Positions 1 through 9,652 of a stretch of DNA of 55,939 nucleotides are shown in pieces; within the stretch, counting starts at the first letter, position 1; every line of letters starts with the position of its first letter. The translations under genes were made by a program, and so were the position numbers. This DNA is from an uncultured Candidatus Saccharibacteria bacterium. Lineage in GTDB: Bacteria; Patescibacteriota; Dojkabacteria; J137. The notes under the pieces were generated by a model. That model did no database searches. It worked only from the letters and a program-made list of their open reading frames with translations, and was not told where the DNA came from. Location of the stretch: the NCBI GenBank assembly GCA_964635995.1, contig CAZWRA010000002.1:1-55939 (forward strand), read 5' to 3'.

Positions 1-117
1 ATTTTTGATAAAATTCATTTGTCCTTATCTGGTAATTATCTATCTTTAGAGGTCAACATTCATCCTATTGCATACAACGAAAGTATTGAAAGTATGAAAA
101 ATAGCAAAAGCTTATAG
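1..117 (+). CDS. 3' end of an unidentified CDS entering from upstream of the window
   Basis: Frame 1 is open from base 1 to TAG at 115-117. No motif recognised. Confidence 0.25.
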   Translation: MFDKIHLSLSGNYLSLEVNIHPIAYNESIESMKNSKSL

Positions 118-124
118 AGGAGAA

Positions 125-514
125 ATGGATTTCATAGAACTATTTGAGTTACGAGGTGAAGAATATATGACTAAAAATCTTGAATCTTTAGAAGCTAAAT
201 TCGCAACAACTATTAGTACATCAGATATAAAGGCCACATGTTTAAGTGAAGTACCGGAATTAATTATTGGAAGGCAAAATACCGCGAAAGTTACAGAATT
301 ATTCAGAAATGTTTCTGAATATCAAGACATGTTCAGTCTCGTAGAAGAATTAGTTGAGGCAAAAGACATTGAACATTTATATTTTCAGAATCAGGAAACA
401 TGGGAAAAAGAGATTTTAAAAAGAGTAAAAAGTGTTTGTGACTTAACAGGTATTAGAATGTTTGCAGCGACACAATGCTTTAGTCCAGATGCAATATATA
501 TTAGTCTTACTTAA
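125..514 (+). CDS. hypothetical protein (129 aa)
   Basis: ORF track with ATG start. Followed by a hairpin terminator. No recognisable motif. Confidence 0.5.
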   Translation: MDFIELFELRGEEYMTKNLESLEAKFATTISTSDIKATCLSEVPELIIGRQNTAKVTELFRNVSEYQDMFSLVEELVEAKDIEHLYFQNQETWEKEILKRVKSVCDLTGIRMFAATQCFSPDAIYISLT

Positions 515-535
515 TTTTTTTTCTATTAATCTGTT

Positions 536-568
536 AAACTAGATCAATTACTTTTGATCTAGTTTTTT
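536..568 (+). terminator. rho-independent terminator candidate
   Basis: 12-bp stem aaactagatcaa / ttgatctagttt with loop ttactt, followed by a T run, immediately after the 125-514 ORF. Confidence 0.6.
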
Positions 569-1708
569 ATGGATCCGATTTTAATAATTGGTGCACTAAT
601 CCTCATTATCCTTGTATTTATTGCTTTTAAAGTTACAAAGAAAGAAACATCAGATGACTCCACAAAGGAGTCTCTTATTCTAATAAGACAACAAGAAGAA
701 AGATTAGAAAGAACAAGATTAGAACTTCAAGAACAGTTAGAAAAGGCAAGAAAAGAACAAGCAGAATTATTAAGAACTCAAAATGAAATTTTGAATAAAC
801 AATTTAGTGATTCAAATAAAAATATGCAACAAAACTTTCAGCTTTCACATCAATCTTTAACTGTGCAGTTAAAAGAATCAAAAAAGACAATTGAGGAATT
901 TACTAAAGAACTTACAAGTATTAAAAAAACAAATGAAAATGTAGCAGACCTTGCAAAGCAAATGGATTCATTAGAGAAAATTTTAAAGAATCCAAAACAA
1001 AGAGGTGTACTTGGAGAATATTTTCTCGAGACTACTCTTAAAAATGTTTTACCTCCTGAGAGTTTCCAAATGCAATATAAATTTCAAAACGGAGAGATAG
1101 TAGATGCTGTTGTTTTTGTTAGATATAAGATAGTTCCGATTGACTCAAAGTTTTCTCTTGAAAATTATAACCGAATTGTTCAGTTGGATGAAGGAGTAGA
1201 ACGGGAGGAGATGGAACGAGAATTTAAAAATGATTTAAAAAAGAGAATTGATGAAACTGCAAAATATATTAGACCTGAAGAAGGAACAATGGAATTTGCA
1301 TTTATGTTTATTCCAAGTGAAGGAATTTATTATGATCTTTTAGTTAATAAAGTTGGAGCTATTAAAGTAAATACAAGAGATTTAATTTCTTATGCATTTT
1401 CAGAAAAGAATGTAATTATTGTTTCTCCAACATCATTCCTAGCTTACCTACAAACAGTTCTTCAAGGTTTACGAATGTTAAAAATTGAAGAGTCAGCACT
1501 ACAAATTAAAGAAAATGTTTCTAGATTAGCAAAACATATTAAAGCTTATGACGAGTATTTTATGAAAGTTGGAAAACATTTAGGAACAACTGTAAATGCA
1601 TATAATGCTGCGAATAAAGAACTTGGAAAAATTGGTAAAGATGTAATGAAAATAAGTGGAGATTCTTTAGAACTTACAAGTGAAGAAGTTAATGAGGAAA
1701 TAGTATGA
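569..1708 (+). CDS. rmuC: DNA recombination protein RmuC
   Basis: N-terminal TM helix, long coiled coil, and a C-terminal nuclease-like region (GVLGEYFLETTL, IVPIDSKF, FMFIPSEGIYY) typical of the RmuC family. TGA stop overlaps the next start (ATGA). Confidence 0.85.
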   Translation: MDPILIIGALILIILVFIAFKVTKKETSDDSTKESLILIRQQEERLERTRLELQEQLEKARKEQAELLRTQNEILNKQFSDSNKNMQQNFQLSHQSLTVQLKESKKTIEEFTKELTSIKKTNENVADLAKQMDSLEKILKNPKQRGVLGEYFLETTLKNVLPPESFQMQYKFQNGEIVDAVVFVRYKIVPIDSKFSLENYNRIVQLDEGVEREEMEREFKNDLKKRIDETAKYIRPEEGTMEFAFMFIPSEGIYYDLLVNKVGAIKVNTRDLISYAFSEKNVIIVSPTSFLAYLQTVLQGLRMLKIEESALQIKENVSRLAKHIKAYDEYFMKVGKHLGTTVNAYNAANKELGKIGKDVMKISGDSLELTSEEVNEEIV

Positions 1709-2256
1709 GTAAAATAATTAATTTAGATGGTGAAGAAGTAGTTGAAGACTCAGCATTTACACTTCAACGAGAAGATATACCAAAAACATTTTTTGAAGGA
1801 TATAAAAATTTTCTTCAGTCATTACATGATTCAACTGATGTGACCTTACAACAAATGTATTTATACTTCGTAAACGGAGGTATTAACCCAGAAAAACTAA
1901 TGCAGTACCATCAATCAGAGTTTCACGAAGGTTTAGGAGACAGTGCTTCAATATGCTTTGCGTTAGGTAAGTTTAAAAATGAAGATTTAAGTCTGACAGA
2001 AGTTCTGAGTCAAATAAATGATGACTTTATGGATTTGGTTTGGGTAGGAATCCAAACAATTAGTCAGGGTAGGCAAATATTAAGTGTTGTAAGTGAAGAT
2101 ACTGTCTTAAGGTCTGGAAGGGATCCAATTCAATTTGCTAAAAGAATAATGAGATGTTTAATTATTTATGATCATGAAAAAAAAGAAGAAGCAAATAGAG
2201 CAAGAGAAAAAAATATACAAATAGAACAACTTTATTTAAAAAAAACTGAACATTAA
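1705..2256 (+). CDS. hypothetical protein (183 aa), translationally coupled to rmuC
   Basis: ORF track. ATGA overlap with rmuC. No recognisable motif. Confidence 0.5.
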   Translation: MSKIINLDGEEVVEDSAFTLQREDIPKTFFEGYKNFLQSLHDSTDVTLQQMYLYFVNGGINPEKLMQYHQSEFHEGLGDSASICFALGKFKNEDLSLTEVLSQINDDFMDLVWVGIQTISQGRQILSVVSEDTVLRSGRDPIQFAKRIMRCLIIYDHEKKEEANRAREKNIQIEQLYLKKTEH

Positions 2257-2257
2257 T

Positions 2258-2869
2258 ATGAAAAAAGTAATAGTTATTAATGGTCCTGGTACTAGTGGAA
2301 AAGGTACCTTTATTAGAACAATAAGAGCAATGTTATCTCAAGCTGGAATTCCAGTTTATAGTTTTAGCTCGATTTTCCCTATAAAACATGATATGGTTAC
2401 TAAAGGTGAGTGGGATGAAAAATATAAAGATGAAGATTCAAGAAATTTGATGATTTCAAGAAAAGCAGAAATGATTGCTCAAGGAGATATTCCCTTAAGA
2501 TATTTAATTGACAGTATTAAGTCTCAGGAAGGAGGGGTATTTTTTGTTCATATTAGAGAGAAAGATGAAATAGAAAAATTTATTGAAACAGCAGAAGTTG
2601 AGCTTGGAATAAAACCATTAACAATGCATTATGATCGAGAAGGTAAAGAAGTTATAAACACAACTGCTGAAAACGGAACTAGAGAATTCACAAACTATGA
2701 TTATGACATTGTTGTTACTGATGGGCTGAGTTCTGTTCGCGAAGCAGCTGTTAAATTTGTTAGAGAAATTGTTATTGAAAATTTTAGAGAAGAGGTAAAT
2801 GATGAATTAATTTTACAGCCTGAAATGCATTTTGAATTTGATGATGAATTAAAAGCAGGTTACGCCTGA
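2258..2869 (+). CDS. P-loop NTPase, small kinase-like protein
   Basis: Walker A GPGTSGKGT at residues 9-17. Size and layout resemble nucleotide/nucleoside-monophosphate kinases. Specific family not resolved. Confidence 0.45.
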   Translation: MKKVIVINGPGTSGKGTFIRTIRAMLSQAGIPVYSFSSIFPIKHDMVTKGEWDEKYKDEDSRNLMISRKAEMIAQGDIPLRYLIDSIKSQEGGVFFVHIREKDEIEKFIETAEVELGIKPLTMHYDREGKEVINTTAENGTREFTNYDYDIVVTDGLSSVREAAVKFVREIVIENFREEVNDELILQPEMHFEFDDELKAGYA

Positions 2870-3426
2870 ACTTCTTTATACCTAAAACATTTCATTTCAT
2901 GATCATTTACTAATCCGCATGCTTGCATGTGCGCATAAATAATTGTACTTCCAACAAAACTAAACCCTCGCTTCTTTAGATCTTTACTTAATGCATCAGA
3001 TTCTTTTGAAGTTGCTGGAATGTCTTTTATAGTTTTTCTCTTACTATCAATTGGCTTGTTACCTACAAATTGCCAGATATATTTATCGAAACTACCGAAC
3101 TCTTTTTGAACCTCTAGAAAACATTTAGCATTATTAATAGCAGATTTTATTTTTAATTTATTTCGAATAATTCCTGGATCATTAACTAAACGTTCAAAAT
3201 CTTTGTCATTAAATTTAGAAACTTTTTTAGGATCAAAATTTGCGAATGCTTTTCTATAACCTTCTCTTCTTTTTAGAATAGTTGACCAGCTTAATCCTGC
3301 TTGAGCTCCCTCTAAAATTAAAAACTCAAAATGAGTATTAACATCATGAACAGGAGTTCCCCACTCTTTATCGTGATAGTCAAAAAATAACTCGTTTCCT
3401 GAAGCCCACTGACATCTATATTTCAT
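2860..3426 (-). CDS. tag: DNA-3-methyladenine glycosylase I
   Basis: YHDKEWGTPVHD and FEFLILEGAQAGLSWSTILKRREGYRKAF are the hallmark Tag (Adenine_glyco) motifs. Confidence 0.9.
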   Translation of the reverse strand: MKYRCQWASGNELFFDYHDKEWGTPVHDVNTHFEFLILEGAQAGLSWSTILKRREGYRKAFANFDPKKVSKFNDKDFERLVNDPGIIRNKLKIKSAINNAKCFLEVQKEFGSFDKYIWQFVGNKPIDSKRKTIKDIPATSKESDALSKDLKKRGFSFVGSTIIYAHMQACGLVNDHEMKCFRYKEVQA

Positions 3427-4022
3427 CTTTTTAAATAATTATCATAATTATTATCTTCGTTTATTAGTTTTCTTAAAGCTTTTCGAATTAGTTTCGTTCT
3501 ACTCTCTCCGTAATTAAATTGTGCCCAGTCTAAATAATTTCTTTCAACATCATTAATAATTAGGTGAAAACGATTTTTCTTATTAGCTTGAGAATACTTT
3601 TTAATAAACTTATTAATTATATCTTTAAAATTTTTCAAGTTATATTCATAAAACTCAAGATAGTTAGAATCAACCCCTTGAATAAAATTTTTCTTAAAAT
3701 GTCGATGTTTTGGTTTAGACCATAAAACTAAAGTAGGCTTTTGTCTTTGTAGCGCTACTGTTATCTGATGTCCAGTACTAAAGTTAGAGACTGTATCTTC
3801 AACAATAACTAAATCAGCTTCAGCAATTGCATTCATACATTCCTTATAAATTTCTTTTATACCAGTAATTTCAACCTGATTTGTATCGACTCTATAATCC
3901 GCTCTTGGAAGCCAATCTCTAGTCAGAATATGTCCACTCTCAATTAAATGCTTTCTTATTGCAAAGTAATACTTCTTATATTTTAGAAATTCAGCTGTTG
4001 AGGAAGTAAAATAAATTTTCAT
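3423..4022 (-). CDS. nucleoside 2-deoxyribosyltransferase-like domain fused to a C-terminal ribbon-helix-helix (CopG/Arc-like) domain
   Basis: The N-terminal part (MKIYFTSS, ADLVIVEDTVSNFSTGHQITVALQRQKPTLVLW) resembles the NDT-like Rossmann fold. The C-terminal part (RFHLIINDVERNYLDWAQFNYGESRTKLIRKALRKLI) is RHH-like. TGA stop overlaps the tag start. Confidence 0.45.
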   Translation of the reverse strand: MKIYFTSSTAEFLKYKKYYFAIRKHLIESGHILTRDWLPRADYRVDTNQVEITGIKEIYKECMNAIAEADLVIVEDTVSNFSTGHQITVALQRQKPTLVLWSKPKHRHFKKNFIQGVDSNYLEFYEYNLKNFKDIINKFIKKYSQANKKNRFHLIINDVERNYLDWAQFNYGESRTKLIRKALRKLINEDNNYDNYLKR

Positions 4023-4115
4023 AAGCAGATATTAATTCATGCATAAAAATGTGCAATATGTGCATATGAAATTTTCTTTATGTTAATTATAATAAAAACA
4101 ATTATTAATAAAAAA

Positions 4116-4644
4116 ATGAAAATAACTATAGCTTCAAAAAACCCAGTTAAAATTGAAACGACTAAACTAGGTTTCGAAAAAATGTTTAAAAGTAATGATT
4201 TTAGTTTTGAAGGGGGTATCTGTTCCTTCTAACGTTTCAGATCAACCTATGAGTAGCGAAGAAACTCTAACAGGCGCTGAAAATAGAGCTAAGAATGCTA
4301 AGACAGAAGCTCCTGAATCTGATTATTGGGTTGGTATTGAAGGAGGAATTGAGAAAATAGATGGATTTTTAAGAGCTTTTGCATGGGTTGTTGTAATAGA
4401 TAAAAAAGATTATGTAAGTAGAAGCAGAACAGCAGAGTTTACACTTCCTAAGAAAGTTGCGGATTTAATTGAGGAAGGATACGAATTAGGCGATGCTGAT
4501 GATATTGTTTTTAAAAGGTCTAATTCAAAACAAGAAATTGGATCAGTTGGAATTTTAACTCATGATGTTCTAACAAGAACAAGTTTCTATGAGCCAGCAG
4601 TTATATTAGCTCTTATCCCTTTTGTTAATCCCGATTTATATTAA
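4116..4644 (+). pseudogene. yjjX: inosine/xanthosine triphosphatase (YjjX / NTPase_I-T family) with a +1 frameshift in a G5 run
   Basis: Frame 3 from ATG 4116 gives MKITIASKNPVKIETTKLGFEKMFKSNDFSFEG. Frame 1 continues VSVPSNVSDQPMSSEETLTGAENRAKNAK. The two join at the G5 run 4212-4216, and removing one G restores FEGVSVPSNVSDQP, as in YjjX. Confidence 0.75.
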
Positions 4645-6344
4645 GCTTCTCTTTTTAATTTAATCTTAATCATTGCGTATTGAACTGAAGCTCTTAATGC
4701 AGTTAAATCATGTAGTACTCTTTCTATGATTTCATCTGCGAGTGAGCTTTTTTCAGCAATAACTTCTATCGAGGCAGTACTTTGAGTTCTCTCAACTCTT
4801 TGAACTCTATACTGAATGTTTTCAATATCTTCTGAAATTGTTTCAACACCTTCATCTCTTACTTTTCCTCTAACAATTTGCCAATTAACCTCATCATCAT
4901 TTGCTGTTTTAAAATCTGGAATAACTCTATAAACTTTTTTATCTTCTCTCTTAAGAGCTGTTAAAAATAGAGAAGCAAATCTTGCAAAATGAGCATCAAA
5001 TTCAGCCTGCCATCCAGATACTTCACTTCCATTATTTAATACTCCTAGTTCTGTTAAAGTAGACATAGCTTCTTCTCTTAATCTTTTTAATCCTGCTCTT
5101 CTTTCAGCTGGGTCATCTGTTAGAATTTGATTTATAAAATCATTATTAAATCCATCAATAATATTTCTTGTTCTTCCAATAATTGATTCAAAAATTCTAC
5201 TTATACCATCAAAATAATCTTCTACACTGACGTTTGCTTTCAATGCAGTTTGTTCAATTTGTCTTAACCACTCTCTTAAATCATCAACTCTTCTATTTAA
5301 TACTTGTTCAATATCTACAGCATGGGGTTTAAGTCCAATCGTATCTTCAAGTGGACTTATTTCTATAAATGCTCTTACACTTCCATCAGGAGCTGTATAA
5401 AGACTAATCATCTCTGGAGAAAAATATCCAATTTCAAATCCAGCTCTGTCTAGATCAGCTATTGTATTCAGTACTAATTCTAAATGATCTAAATCCATTC
5501 CAAGTTCAAGAAAATCGTCCTTTCTTCGAATGCCTCTAGAAATTAAACTCATTATTGTCATTTCTCCAGTTTCAGAAAGAACAGAAATCGGCATAATTCC
5601 ATAAGTTGAAAATCCTGCTTCTGTTAATCCTACAGCGGTAGATACAAATTCTCTTACAATATCTTGATTCATTCTAATAAATTCGAATTCAAGAGGAATA
5701 GTTACAACTCCGCTTCTTAAATCTGTAATTTCAGCTGCAGTTAATTCATGTGATGGTGTTCCTTTTACAACAACAAGATAATCATTTAATAAAACTCCAG
5801 CGCTGGCATCATTAATAGCATTCAATGCTCTTCTAACAATTTTTTGATTATCTGTTAATCCAGCCTCATCTACAAATCTTTGCATTTTTTCTGTACTTGA
5901 TAGAGGTCTATCTAAAGCTTCTCTTATTAAATGACTTACTGGACTTCCAACAATTAAATGTCTTCGAACTGTTTCAGAGATTTGATTTGATCCAATTGCA
6001 TTAGGTACATCTCTAATAATGGTATCAATCTCTGCATCTGCTAAATCAACTTTTAAAACAACTCTAGCGTTTCCATGACTGAATCCATCCTGAAGATCTA
6101 CATCTCTTAGCTCTATTCTTACATATCTAGCTATCTTTCCAAAAGATTGTTCAATGATCTGGGCAATAGGAACTACAACATCTCTTAATTGAGGAAATTC
6201 TTCTAAAACATCTCTAGTAACTTTTGAGCCTTCAACTGTTATTGAAACTTGTCCAATATTGTAAGTAGAATCAGGAGAATTAAATATTACTTCAAGAGGA
6301 TTATTATCCTCAGGAATTAAGTCTAAACCTTGATCGTCAGCCAT
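4641..6344 (-). CDS. hypothetical protein (567 aa), last gene of the clpC transcription unit
   Basis: Long uninterrupted ORF on the same strand as clpC with short spacers. No recognisable motif. Confidence 0.6.
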   Translation of the reverse strand: MADDQGLDLIPEDNNPLEVIFNSPDSTYNIGQVSITVEGSKVTRDVLEEFPQLRDVVVPIAQIIEQSFGKIARYVRIELRDVDLQDGFSHGNARVVLKVDLADAEIDTIIRDVPNAIGSNQISETVRRHLIVGSPVSHLIREALDRPLSSTEKMQRFVDEAGLTDNQKIVRRALNAINDASAGVLLNDYLVVVKGTPSHELTAAEITDLRSGVVTIPLEFEFIRMNQDIVREFVSTAVGLTEAGFSTYGIMPISVLSETGEMTIMSLISRGIRRKDDFLELGMDLDHLELVLNTIADLDRAGFEIGYFSPEMISLYTAPDGSVRAFIEISPLEDTIGLKPHAVDIEQVLNRRVDDLREWLRQIEQTALKANVSVEDYFDGISRIFESIIGRTRNIIDGFNNDFINQILTDDPAERRAGLKRLREEAMSTLTELGVLNNGSEVSGWQAEFDAHFARFASLFLTALKREDKKVYRVIPDFKTANDDEVNWQIVRGKVRDEGVETISEDIENIQYRVQRVERTQSTASIEVIAEKSSLADEIIERVLHDLTALRASVQYAMIKIKLKREA

Positions 6345-6395
6345 AATTAAAAATCTTAAAAATTATGGGATTATACACACTGAAGTAAGTTTTAG

Positions 6396-6956
6396 CTAGT
6401 TTTCTTCGAAAGTTGTATAAGTTCTAATAAATCTAGAACTGTCGATTGAGGTGTTAGGTCCGTCGTAATGACTACCTGTAGGGTTTAAAATAATTACTCC
6501 AGGATTTCCAGAATCTAGAATACCAGTAGCTACTAAACCAGAGAAACTTTTTATTGTATTAACATTAATCCCATTTGGTGCTTCCCAATTAATTCGTACT
6601 CCACCGACTCGTTCAGTGCCTTTTAAAACTAATCCTTGTGCCTCTTTAAAACCAGCATTATTGTTAAAGGCAAATACAGCAGTTTTATTTTCAGGATCAA
6701 AAACAGGGTTTACAACTTGAATATTAATTCCTTCAGCTTTAAATCCGTCAATAAGACTTTGAAATTCATCAATACAAATATCTGAAGGAAGGGCTTCAAC
6801 CGGAACTTCTATTCCTCTAACATAGAAAATATTGCCTACAGATAAAACACGATCATCACCAGCTTCTCTTGTTATTCCGAATTTTGCTGCTTTAGCGACT
6901 TCTTGCCCAACTTCTGCTGAAGTAGTCGGTTCAGCTTGAATAATATTAAATGCCAT
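6396..6956 (-). CDS. hypothetical protein (186 aa) immediately downstream of clpC
   Basis: ORF track. 17-bp spacer from the clpC stop. No recognisable motif. Confidence 0.55.
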   Translation of the reverse strand: MAFNIIQAEPTTSAEVGQEVAKAAKFGITREAGDDRVLSVGNIFYVRGIEVPVEALPSDICIDEFQSLIDGFKAEGINIQVVNPVFDPENKTAVFAFNNNAGFKEAQGLVLKGTERVGGVRINWEAPNGINVNTIKSFSGLVATGILDSGNPGVIILNPTGSHYDGPNTSIDSSRFIRTYTTFEEN

Positions 6957-6973
6957 ATGAAATTATAACATTA

Positions 6974-9448
6974 TTAGATCTTGTTAACTTTATAGGTACT
7001 ATCAACAAAATCAATTTGAATTTTATTTCCTGAATTTATTTCATTTCTTAAAATTTTCTCACTCAACATATTCTCTATTTCTCGAGCAACAGCTCGCTTT
7101 ATTGGTCTGGCTCCGAATTTTGGATCAAAACTTGTTCTTGCTAATTCATTTACAACTTTATCAGTAAACTCTGCTTCTATATCTTGCTCAGATAAATGTT
7201 GAATCGTTTTATTAAGTTCTAGTTTAACTATATTTCGTATCTCGTCAGGGGATAGAGCTTTGAACATAATAATTTCATCTAATCTATTTAAAAACTCAGG
7301 TCTAAAGTTCTTATTAAGAAGGGACATAACTTGAGATCTTAATTCATCCCAGCTAGGAACATTATCTTTTGCTTCTTTTAGTTTTACTAAAGTATCCTCA
7401 TCATCAGGTTTAAGAGCATCTAGCATTTTTGAGACTTGATCAGCACTCATTGTCGCCAATATTAATTCAGAACCAATATTACTTGTAGCAATAATAATTG
7501 TGTTTTTAAAATCAACTACTCTCCCCTTTCCATCAGTTAGTTTTCCATCATCTAAAACTTGAAGGAGAATATTAAATACATCAGGATGAGCTTTTTCAAT
7601 TTCATCTAATAAAATTACACTATAAGGTTTTCTTCGAACTTTTTCAGTTAACTGACCTCCCTCTTCGTAACCTACATAACCTGGAGGTGAACCAATTAAT
7701 CTAGTTACAGCAAATTTTTCCATGTATTCACTCATATCTATTCTAATCATCGCATCTTCATCACCAAACATTTCTTCACTCAAAGCTTTTGCAAGTTCAG
7801 TTTTTCCAACTCCTGTTGGACCTAAAAAAATAAAACTTGCTATCGGTCTGTTCGGATCTTTAAGTCCTGTTCTTGATCTTTTAATAGCTTGAGAAACGAG
7901 TTTTACTGCTTCATTTTGTCCAATTATCCTTTCATGAAGTCTTTCCTCTAAAAGAATTAGATTTTCTTTTTCTTCAGGATTTAAATCAGTTACAGGAACT
8001 CCTGTTATATTAGAAATAACTTGCTGAATATCTTTTACTGTAACTTCAGGATTTCCTGTACCTCTCTCTTTCATCCACTCTGTTTCAATAGGTTTTAGAT
8101 CTTCTTTTTTTTGTTCTATTTTTACTTTTACTTCTGAGGCTTCTTTATGCTGAGAGGCTCTTGTTAATGCTTCTCTTTCTGCTTCAAGCTTTTGGATTTC
8201 GTTTTTTATTTTTAACATTTCTGTAGGCTCACTAGAAAAATTTAATCTTACTTTACTTGCAGCTTCATCTAAAACATCTATCGCTTTATCAGGAAGAAAT
8301 CTATTTTTTATATATCTGGCAGATAATTTTGTTGCAGCTTCTAATGCTTCTTCGTTAATTTTTAATTTATGGTGAGCTTCATATCTTTCTTTAATTCCTT
8401 TTAATATCTCAAAACTTTGTTCAATACTTGGTTCTTCTACAAGAACAGGTTGAAATCTTCGCTCTAATGCAGCATCTTTTTCTATATATTTTTGATACTC
8501 TGTTAATGTTGTTGCTCCTATTACTTGAAGTTCACCTCTAGCTAATGGAGGTTTTATAATATTAGAAAAATCTAATTCTCCCTGCTGTGCACCAGAACCA
8601 ACAATTGTATGTAGCTCATCAATAAATAAAATTACTTCTCGTCCAGCTTTTTCTAATTCATCTATTAATTTTTTAGCTCTTTCTTCAAATTCTCCTCGAA
8701 ATTTTGAACCTGCAACCAGACCTGTTAGATCTAAAGCTTTAACACTTTTGCCTTTTAAGATTTCAGGAACCTGTCCATTAATAATTCTATGAGCTAGTCC
8801 TTCAGCTATTGCAGTTTTCCCAACACCAGGTTCTCCGATTAAGACAGGATTATTTTTCTTTCTCCGAGCTAATATTTCAATTACTCTAGTAATTTCTTTA
8901 TCTCTTCCAATTACAGGATCAATTTTATTCTCAGAAGCTAAAACTGTTAGATCTCTTGTAAACTCATCTAAAGTCGGTGTATCTGCATTTGTACCTACGT
9001 TTCTGCCTTCAGCATCTCCTTCTCCAACAACTTTAATTATGGCTTGCCTTGCTTGTGAATGAGTAACTGCATATTTCTTTAGTATTTGAGCTGCAATTCC
9101 TTCCCCCTCTACTATCAAACCAAGAAAGATATGCTCAGTTCCAATATAATTATGATTTAATTCTAGTGATTCAGAGTATGCTAATTGAATTGCGCTTGTT
9201 GATCTAGGAGTGAAATTAGGCATTGTATCTATTCCTCCATCCACCATTTGTTTTTCTAGAAGTTCAAGCAGCTCTTCAGTTTTAATTCCAAGTTCTTTAT
9301 ATACTCTCTTCATTACAATTTCATCTTTTGTAATTCCGAAAAGTAGGTGTTCAGTATCTACAGCTCTTTGATGTTTTTCTTTAGCTTTATTAACTGCATT
9401 TGAAAGTGCATCCTGGGTTCTTTTTGAAAATAAATCTGAAATATTCAT
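6974..9448 (-). CDS. clpC: ATP-dependent Clp protease ATP-binding subunit, ClpC-type
   Basis: Two Clp_N repeats ([19 protein letters not shown]), two AAA+ modules ([29 protein letters not shown]) and a short middle domain. Confidence 0.9.
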   Translation of the reverse strand: MNISDLFSKRTQDALSNAVNKAKEKHQRAVDTEHLLFGITKDEIVMKRVYKELGIKTEELLELLEKQMVDGGIDTMPNFTPRSTSAIQLAYSESLELNHNYIGTEHIFLGLIVEGEGIAAQILKKYAVTHSQARQAIIKVVGEGDAEGRNVGTNADTPTLDEFTRDLTVLASENKIDPVIGRDKEITRVIEILARRKKNNPVLIGEPGVGKTAIAEGLAHRIINGQVPEILKGKSVKALDLTGLVAGSKFRGEFEERAKKLIDELEKAGREVILFIDELHTIVGSGAQQGELDFSNIIKPPLARGELQVIGATTLTEYQKYIEKDAALERRFQPVLVEEPSIEQSFEILKGIKERYEAHHKLKINEEALEAATKLSARYIKNRFLPDKAIDVLDEAASKVRLNFSSEPTEMLKIKNEIQKLEAEREALTRASQHKEASEVKVKIEQKKEDLKPIETEWMKERGTGNPEVTVKDIQQVISNITGVPVTDLNPEEKENLILLEERLHERIIGQNEAVKLVSQAIKRSRTGLKDPNRPIASFIFLGPTGVGKTELAKALSEEMFGDEDAMIRIDMSEYMEKFAVTRLIGSPPGYVGYEEGGQLTEKVRRKPYSVILLDEIEKAHPDVFNILLQVLDDGKLTDGKGRVVDFKNTIIIATSNIGSELILATMSADQVSKMLDALKPDDEDTLVKLKEAKDNVPSWDELRSQVMSLLNKNFRPEFLNRLDEIIMFKALSPDEIRNIVKLELNKTIQHLSEQDIEAEFTDKVVNELARTSFDPKFGARPIKRAVAREIENMLSEKILRNEINSGNKIQIDFVDSTYKVNKI

Positions 9449-9502
9449 AGGTAATAGTATACTTATTTAAATTTAATAAATATTTAAACTCTATTCAATA
9501 TT

Positions 9503-9529
9503 TTAGCACTCAAGATGGAAGTTTGCTAA
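9503..9529. promoter_or_regulatory. CIRCE-like inverted repeat (HrcA operator) upstream of clpC
   Basis: TTAGCACTC-aagatggaa-GTTTGCTAA matches the consensus TTAGCACTC-N9-GAGTGCTAA at 16 of 18 arm positions. It lies 55-81 bp upstream of the clpC start. A possible minus-strand promoter is TTGTAA (9592-9597), a 17-bp spacer, then TAGATT (9569-9574). Confidence 0.6.
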
Positions 9530-9652
9530 ATCTATTCAAAGAGTGAGTTACTTAAATTAAATAGTTCTAATCTAATGCCTAATCACCTAATTTACAATTA
9601 CTAATTATCTAATATTCTTTCCAACTTAGTACTAATACATTAGAATAGTAAT

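Noticed and set aside
4212-4216. Programmed ribosomal frameshifting at the homopolymer runs (4212, 18849, 32448, 48378)
   Set aside because: There are no slippery heptamers or downstream structures, the genes involved are unrelated, and the shift direction is mixed (+1 in G runs, -1 in A runs). Error or mutation is more parsimonious.
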